The translations under genes and the position numbers were made by a program. Below the pieces are notes generated by a model. It was given only the letters and a program-made list of their open reading frames with translations. It was not told the DNA's origin and made no database searches. From Candidatus Saccharimonadia bacterium (GTDB lineage Bacteria; Patescibacteriota; Saccharimonadia; CAILAD01; CAZGYV01), in NCBI GenBank assembly GCA_041906885.1, contig JAYRII010000015.1, forward strand, positions 15,534 to 79,533: 64,000 nucleotides of DNA, read 5' to 3'. Positions 58,676 to 64,000 of the stretch are shown here, piece by piece (position 1 is the first letter of the stretch; each line of letters opens with the position of its first letter).

Positions 58676-59309
58676 AGCCTGATTACCTAGCTATAAGCCG
58701 AATTCTGTATCCCGATGTATCGGGACGGCGATCATCTATCTTACTCTTTGCCCTACATCATCCGAGCAAATTGTATGTCAACTTAATAAAAGTCGATCAT
58801 GCGACATACCCATTCCAGGCGAGTAGCCTGGCACCTAATAAATGGTGGCGGGCCCATAGTCTTGCAGCCGACGGGGTTTACCACCAGCAGGCAGTCACCT
58901 GCCGCTGCTGTGAGCTCTTACCTCACTCTTTTCACCCTTACCCAGCACCTTAAATCGCTCAACAAAAGCCTGCTTACTTTTTAGTTCAACCAGCACTCTA
59001 CCATGATGCTTTAATTTTTGCTCACACTTCTTAAGCTAAGGCTTTTGTCTAAAGAGCCTTATAACGTACAAGCTATCGAGCCGAGCGAAACTTTGGTAAC
59101 AATTCTTTGCACATGATTGTGTTGGTAATATTTGTTTATGTATATACATAAACAAATTTTAACATAGCGATTTAAGGTGCTGGGCGGTATAGTCTCTGTG
59201 GCACTTTCCCTAGGGTCACCCCCGGTTGCCGTTAGCAACCGTCGTACTCTACGCTGTTCGGACTTTCCTCCCCGACAAGTCGGGGCGATCACCCACTAGC
59301 TAATCAGAC
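58676..59309 (-). ncRNA. rnpB: RNase P RNA, bacterial type A, with a ~230-nt insertion in P12.
   Basis: On the minus strand: P4/CR-I GGGGAGGAAAGUCCGAAC, CR-II/III AAGGGUGAAAAGAGUGAGGUAAGAGCUCAC, CR-V ACAGAAUUCGGCUUAU, and a P1 pairing CUGAUUAGCUAG / CUAGGUAAUCAG. Between CCGCCCAGCACC (59177-59188) and GGUGCUGGG (58941-58949) lies an AT-rich 227-nt segment closed by a perfect 19-bp duplex. A TATAAT box sits 7 nt upstream of the 5' end. Confidence 0.85.
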
Positions 59310-59316
59310 TACCGAT

Positions 59317-59322
59317 ATTATA
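59317..59322 (-). promoter_or_regulatory. -10 box (TATAAT) of the rnpB promoter.
   Basis: Exact consensus hexamer 7 nt upstream of the inferred rnpB 5' end, located inside the 3' end of rnhA. Confidence 0.4.
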
Positions 59323-59342
59323 CTATATTAAGTAGCTTTTGT

Positions 59343-59759
59343 CTATCTGTTGGCTTGAGCGTCCAAGCAAATATTAACTTGATTGTCAGCCAGCTTGTTA
59401 TTAGCCCGAAAAACATGCGAAAATGTTATGTTTTTACCAGCAATTTTGCTCTTAATCGACTCATAAATTGGTCTTAGATCTTGGTTTTTTACCCTATACT
59501 GACCATTTAACTGCTTCACGACCAGCTCACTGTCCAGATAGAACTCCACCCTATCTGCGTCATACTCGACTAACTTATCTAAAGCGATATCAACTGCCCG
59601 ATATTCTGCCTGATTATTGGTAGTAACCCCCCAGTAGCGACCAAACTGCTCGATAATTTCACCATCTGTGGTCATAAATACCACACCCGAGGCAGCTGGA
59701 CCGGGATTGCCCCTCGAACCACCGTCACAAAATATTTTTATAAGATCAAATTTTTTCAT
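59343..59759 (-). CDS. rnhA: Ribonuclease HI
   Basis: IFCDGGSRGNPGPAASG.., 138 aa, DEDD-type RNase H fold. Confidence 0.85.
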   Translation of the reverse strand: MKKFDLIKIFCDGGSRGNPGPAASGVVFMTTDGEIIEQFGRYWGVTTNNQAEYRAVDIALDKLVEYDADRVEFYLDSELVVKQLNGQYRVKNQDLRPIYESIKSKIAGKNITFSHVFRANNKLADNQVNICLDAQANR

Positions 59760-59760
59760 C

Positions 59761-60543
59761 TTAGCCTCTCAAAAAATATACCAATATGACCAAAAGCCCT
59801 AAAATCACCCTGTACCAGACAAATATACCTAATCCGCGGGTAGTGAGATAATTGAGTAGCCATTTAATGACGGCAAAGCCTAATACAGCCGACACAAAAA
59901 CACCAAGGAAAAGCTGGAAATTACTCACTCCAGTCGATGGTGACTTAATTAGATCGAGGATTTTATAAGCTCCGGCACCTAGAGTGATTGGGGTGGCTAA
60001 TAAGAAGCTGAATCTGGCTGCATCACTTCTGCTAAGGCCTGAAAACATACCAGCCGTCAAGGTAATGCCAGATCGCGATACTCCTGGGATTAAAGCCAAG
60101 GCCTGAGCGAAGCCAATCGCAATCGACTTACTCCAAGTCAGCTGCTTAATTTCTATCTTGGGTGTTGTAATTTTATCAACAATATACAATAATCCACCAA
60201 ATAATATTAGCCCTATGCCGACAAGCATCGGTGTAACACTGCTTTGATGCAAGTACTTATCAATCCATTTTTCTCCAAGAAAGCCAATTACAGCACCCGG
60301 CATTGAGGCTACGATAATCATCCAAAACAAACGATCTCTTGTCTTTAGCATCTTCCAGAAATCTCTATAGAAGAATGCTAAGAGTGCCAAAGCGGTACCA
60401 ACGTGTATAGCCGCATCAAAACCAAGACCCGGATCTGTTATGCGAAACAACCAGGGGAAAAGTAACAAATGCGCCGAAGAAGAGATTGGTAAAAACTCAC
60501 TTAAGGCCTGCGCCGCTCCAAGAAATATTACGATTATCGTCAT
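59761..60543 (-). CDS. uppP: Undecaprenyl-diphosphate phosphatase
   Basis: 8-TM BacA family; ..SRSGITLTAG.. motif; 260 aa. Confidence 0.85.
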   Translation of the reverse strand: MTIIVIFLGAAQALSEFLPISSSAHLLLFPWLFRITDPGLGFDAAIHVGTALALLAFFYRDFWKMLKTRDRLFWMIIVASMPGAVIGFLGEKWIDKYLHQSSVTPMLVGIGLILFGGLLYIVDKITTPKIEIKQLTWSKSIAIGFAQALALIPGVSRSGITLTAGMFSGLSRSDAARFSFLLATPITLGAGAYKILDLIKSPSTGVSNFQLFLGVFVSAVLGFAVIKWLLNYLTTRGLGIFVWYRVILGLLVILVYFLRG

Positions 60544-60548
60544 GGGTG

Positions 60549-60956
60549 CTAAACTAGCCCCGTCTTAAGATGAGCCCGCAACCTATCGCCCACTCGCCGC
60601 AGCTCTTGGTGGCTAGCAGGCGCCGCTTTAGTATGATCAAGATCAGCGATGGCATTCATCGGTATAACATGAACATGAACGTGTGGCACCTCGAAGCCAA
60701 CCACTGCTAGACCAACACGAACCGGATTAAACACCTCTTGGGCTAATACAGACATTTGCTTAACCACCCTCATAACCGCATCATAGTCAGCCGTCTGGAG
60801 GTCATAAAATCTATCAACCTGGACTTTTGGAATTACCAGCATATGTCCTGGGTTGTGCGGCTCCAGGGTCAAAATCACGATTGTCCGCTCGTCCTCATAG
60901 ATTATTTCTGATGGTAATTCGCGCTCAATTATACGAGTAAATACACTGGCTTTCAT
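60549..60956 (-). CDS. HIT-family nucleotide hydrolase
   Basis: Histidine triad HVHVHVIP; 135 aa. Confidence 0.85.
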   Translation of the reverse strand: MKASVFTRIIERELPSEIIYEDERTIVILTLEPHNPGHMLVIPKVQVDRFYDLQTADYDAVMRVVKQMSVLAQEVFNPVRVGLAVVGFEVPHVHVHVIPMNAIADLDHTKAAPASHQELRRVGDRLRAHLKTGLV

Positions 60957-60971
60957 GAATGCTATTATAGC

Positions 60972-62096
60972 CTATTTAAGTACTCGTTTCACGCGCGGAT
61001 TAAGTCGGGTGACAATCTCATAATTGATCGTCTGGCAATGAGCAGCCAGCTCGTCAGCACTAACCACTTCATCTCCCTGGCGACCCAAGAGCACCACCTC
61101 ATCCCCTGACTCTACCCCGACTATATCCGTCACATCAATCGTCACCATGTCCATCGATACCCGGCCGACCACAGCCACTCGCTGACCACGCACCAGTACC
61201 TCAGCTCGGTTAGATAATTCTCGATCATAACCATGCCAGTAGCCAATCGGCAAAATAGCGACGCGCGAATCGCGCTTGAAAGTGTGGGTCAAATCATAGC
61301 CAATCGACTCTCCCCTTTGGACGGTTTTGACCTCGGCTATAATGGTCTTCCAGCTTAAGGCTGGGGCCAGACTGATCTCTGTCGAGTGCTGCTGGCGCAC
61401 CTCACCAGATGGCCACAGGCCATAAAGACCGATCCCAATGCGTACCATATCATAGTGCGCCTGAGGGTAAACAATCGTGCCACCAGTGGCTGCACCGTGA
61501 CGCATAAAGTCATAGCCGGCTGCCTTGAGTATCTCGCAGGCTGATTCAAAAATCTCTATTTGTTTACTGGTAGAATCTGAATTGTTGGGTTTTTTAGCGC
61601 TGGCAAAGTGGGTATAAACGCCCTCAACGACTAGCTTGTCCGCATTTTTTTCTAACTGCATGATGAGCTGATCGATCTCGCTTATTTGGAATCCCTGGCG
61701 GTGCATACCGCTATCAATTTTGATGTGGACTTTGATCTTTTTATCAACTTTAAGTTTTGTAATTATGTCCAAAACATCAAAGTTAGAAACCGTTATGCTG
61801 ATGTTTTCTATAACTGCTTGCTCGAAGTTTTTTTCCATTATATAGCCAAAAACGAGCACTTTGCATTGAATACCAACTTGTCTCAATTTGTATGCTTCAA
61901 CGACCGAATCAACTCCCAGCCAGTCAGCCCCAATGCCCTCAAAATATTGCCCGACTTCAACTAGCCCGTGGCCGTAAGCATTTGACTTAACAACTGCCAT
62001 TAGTTTGGTAGAAGGCTTTAATAACTGCTTAAATTGCTCGTAATTATGCTTGAGGGCCGACTGATCAACCTCTAGCCATGTGCGCAGATTGTTCAT
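60972..62096 (-). CDS. alr: Alanine racemase
   Basis: PLP-lysine motif AVVKSNAYGHG; 374 aa. Confidence 0.9.
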   Translation of the reverse strand: MNNLRTWLEVDQSALKHNYEQFKQLLKPSTKLMAVVKSNAYGHGLVEVGQYFEGIGADWLGVDSVVEAYKLRQVGIQCKVLVFGYIMEKNFEQAVIENISITVSNFDVLDIITKLKVDKKIKVHIKIDSGMHRQGFQISEIDQLIMQLEKNADKLVVEGVYTHFASAKKPNNSDSTSKQIEIFESACEILKAAGYDFMRHGAATGGTIVYPQAHYDMVRIGIGLYGLWPSGEVRQQHSTEISLAPALSWKTIIAEVKTVQRGESIGYDLTHTFKRDSRVAILPIGYWHGYDRELSNRAEVLVRGQRVAVVGRVSMDMVTIDVTDIVGVESGDEVVLLGRQGDEVVSADELAAHCQTINYEIVTRLNPRVKRVLK

Positions 62097-62635
62097 TTTC
62101 CTACTTTCTTAGCTACTTCAGCTAATTTTGGTATTATTTCTAAAAAATTTCTAATGTCATCGTTTTTGTCGTAAAAAGTCTGATGGGTCATGAAGCCAGT
62201 AGCATCATATTTATTTTCCACTACTCTCTTGCGGTCAAAAATCATCATGTCTACTAGTGGAATATCTATCCTAGCCAATTCGCTTGCCACCGCCAGGTAG
62301 ACCTCTTCACCACAAAGCGGGATATTTATATGCTTGTAGTGCTCGATCTCCCAGCTCAGATATAGAGTTTGCGGCTTTTCGGTCACGCGGAAGCGCTTGA
62401 GAGTGACTCCACTTGCTAGCTTCTCTTGGCACATCCTAATCCACTCCTTTGGTTTATCCTGAAGCCTATAATTTAAGCTGGCCTTTTTATCGCCCGCCAG
62501 CCAAGCTTTTAGAGACCTGCCGCTATCTTCTCCCGAATAGTCCTGCAAAACCTCAATTTTAATACATTCTTGGTGACATTTGTCCCAAAATTCCTGAAAA
62601 TATCGATCTGACTCATCTCTCGGTAGCGTTTTCAT
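62093..62635 (-). CDS. Hypothetical protein (about 180 aa after start correction).
   Basis: The track ORF 62093..62800 runs across the tRNA-Pro gene. The internal Met at 62635 (MKTLPRDES..) begins 5 nt past the tRNA 3' end and gives a non-overlapping gene. Confidence 0.5.
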   Translation of the reverse strand: MKTLPRDESDRYFQEFWDKCHQECIKIEVLQDYSGEDSGRSLKAWLAGDKKASLNYRLQDKPKEWIRMCQEKLASGVTLKRFRVTEKPQTLYLSWEIEHYKHINIPLCGEEVYLAVASELARIDIPLVDMMIFDRKRVVENKYDATGFMTHQTFYDKNDDIRNFLEIIPKLAEVAKKVGK

Positions 62636-62639
62636 AAGC

Positions 62640-62715
62640 TGGTCAGGGTGAGAGGACTCGAACCTCCGGTCTCTGGACCCCCAGCCCAGCGCTTTACCAA
62701 CTAAGCTACACCCTG
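62640..62715 (-). tRNA. tRNA-Pro (anticodon GGG), CCA encoded.
   Basis: Hand-folded cloverleaf: acceptor CAGGGTG/CACCCTG, D-arm GCTT-AGTTGGTA-AAGC, anticodon stem CTGGG/TCCAG with loop CTGGGGG (G37), T-arm GGAGG-TTCGAGT-CCTCT, and A73-CCA. Confidence 0.85.
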
Positions 62716-62826
62716 TTGTATGAAATATTCTTATGAGGTAATGCGCGTTAATAGCCTCACACCTCACCCTAAAAAAATGATAGTAACTATATTCTACCAA
62801 GCACGAGTAAAAGCTGAAAATCTTTA

Positions 62827-64000
62827 TTAACCGTTAAAATAGCGATCAATCGCTCTAGCAAAGTCGGCGATCTTTGACCACGAAGAGCCTCGAGTCAAAA
62901 CCACCATGATATAACGCCGATTCTGACCATAAATTACGGCCGCATCATTCAGATACCCACCCAAGAATCCCACCTTATCAGACACCACACTACCCTTCAT
63001 AACGCCCTTCGGTATACCTTCACGGTAGACTTGGCGCGACATTAACGACAACAGATAGCTTGTCTTGTCAGCATCAAGTAATTGTTGATTATGTAATTTT
63101 AGGAGAAAATTTGCCTCATCATCGGAAGTTGAAAATTTATCACCATTGAGCGAGCCATTAGAATAATAGTTATTTAAAAAGGTTGAGCCTAGACCAAGAC
63201 CATGCACCATGTTATCAAGCTCACCCCAGCCTACCATCCGCCCCATTGCTTCTGCACAAATATTATCAGAATTAACAATCATAACATCCAGACATTGACC
63301 AATATTTTTACCAGGCAGAACATCTGTCTGCATACCCCACCGGCCATCCTGAATGCCCTTGAGTATGCCGTAAGCTACAAATAGCTTGTACGTACTGGCG
63401 GTAACAAATTTTTTACCGCCATCACTGCTGGCCTGACGACCTAACCCGCCTAATTCAATTACGGTCGTACTATGTGAGCCACCAATTTGACCGATCGTGT
63501 CATTTATTAATGTCTGCAAGCCCTTACTGGTCTGAGAATAACTACTACTTACGGCTGCTCTAGCTGTAGTAACAATCGGTGTAGCAGCTAGCTGGCTAGA
63601 AGGTTGTGCAGCTTGGTAGTTCTGTACAATCTGTTTGGACAGACCGCCCGTATCCAACACACGCCCAGGTGAGCCGGCAACGTTCTCAACCACCTCGCCA
63701 TCAACCTTCTTAATGCGGCCTGCAATAGCTGGCTGATAAACCGACCCAGCAATCCCATCCAGCTTGGTCTTCAACCTAGACTCATCAAATGAGATAACAG
63801 GCTTAATATTATTCGGATCAGCTGCGATCGAGACGGCCTCAAGAAAGTCGGCAAATCGCAATTGAAAAGACTTATCAGCCACTTGTAGATCAACTGGCAT
63901 CTTACTGAGTAATTTTAATCTAGATTTTATCGCAGAAAACTGACTACTCTTAATAACGTCGACTAACGATTGGGGCTTAACTACAATCTGCTTAACCCTG
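62827..64000 (-). CDS. Class-A beta-lactamase-like serine hydrolase / low-MW PBP-type protein, 5' partial. The reading frame stays open upstream to the window edge.
   Basis: S-x-x-K (ASTYK), SDN (VNSDN) and a KTG-like (DKVGFLGG) triad. The frame upstream of the track Met (..VKPQSLVDVIKSSQFSAIKSRLKLLSK-MPVD..) has no stop up to 64000. Confidence 0.6.
   Translation of the reverse strand, partial: RVKQIVVKPQSLVDVIKSSQFSAIKSRLKLLSKMPVDLQVADKSFQLRFADFLEAVSIAADPNNIKPVISFDESRLKTKLDGIAGSVYQPAIAGRIKKVDGEVVENVAGSPGRVLDTGGLSKQIVQNYQAAQPSSQLAATPIVTTARAAVSSSYSQTSKGLQTLINDTIGQIGGSHSTTVIELGGLGRQASSDGGKKFVTASTYKLFVAYGILKGIQDGRWGMQTDVLPGKNIGQCLDVMIVNSDNICAEAMGRMVGWGELDNMVHGLGLGSTFLNNYYSNGSLNGDKFSTSDDEANFLLKLHNQQLLDADKTSYLLSLMSRQVYREGIPKGVMKGSVVSDKVGFLGGYLNDAAVIYGQNRRYIMVVLTRGSSWSKIADFARAIDRYFNG

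Overview
The 64 kb window looks like a low-GC (about 40-45%), compact, Gram-positive-like reduced genome. It is probably Patescibacteria/CPR and plausibly Saccharibacteria-like: it has an LPXTG sorting signal, giant repetitive surface proteins, a type-IV-coupling-like ATPase, many small hypothetical membrane proteins, frequent 4-nt gene overlaps, and one gene each using TAA and TAG as genuine stops. Most genes are on the minus strand. Recognisable content in order: a partial giant surface protein; the F1Fo ATP synthase genes atpF-H-A-G-D-C with no canonical a/c subunit genes in their usual positions; an LPXTG/PKD surface protein with a TraD/TrwB/VirD4-like ATPase; an L,D-transpeptidase; pheS-pheT, where PheT carries an inserted NlpC/P60 peptidase domain; an ~830-bp structured non-coding region; a SAM methyltransferase; trpS; rmuC; a FISUMP-domain surface protein interrupted by two in-frame amber codons; pheA; a DUF45 HExxH protein; an AddA-like helicase-nuclease; argS; a GC-rich (~60%) block carrying smpB, fba and a secreted subtilase; an RpoD-like sigma factor with a long C-terminal extension; a RelE/Phd toxin-antitoxin pair bracketed by a thrice-repeated 46-nt element; an alpha/beta hydrolase; a glycolipid-type glycosyltransferase operon (GT4, GT4, UgtP/MGDG-synthase-like, GalT-like) with a cupin gene; comM/yifB; a DUF4446-like, bactofilin and degenerate DAGK-like trio; infC (AUU start)-rpmI-rplT; a remnant 3' gene fragment next to a GC-rich 668-aa orphan gene; a MacB-type ABC transporter; an EPS-type GT4 plus polyprenyl-phosphate sugar transferase; RNase P RNA (rnpB) with a very large P12 insertion; rnhA; uppP; a HIT protein; alr; tRNA-Pro(GGG); and a partial class-A beta-lactamase-like serine hydrolase. 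I found no CRISPR, rRNA or clear transposase. The most unusual points are the aberrant F0 sector, NlpC/P60 inside PheT, the expanded rnpB, the high-GC islands (possible transfers from a high-GC donor), the amber-interrupted surface protein and the repeat-flanked TA islet.
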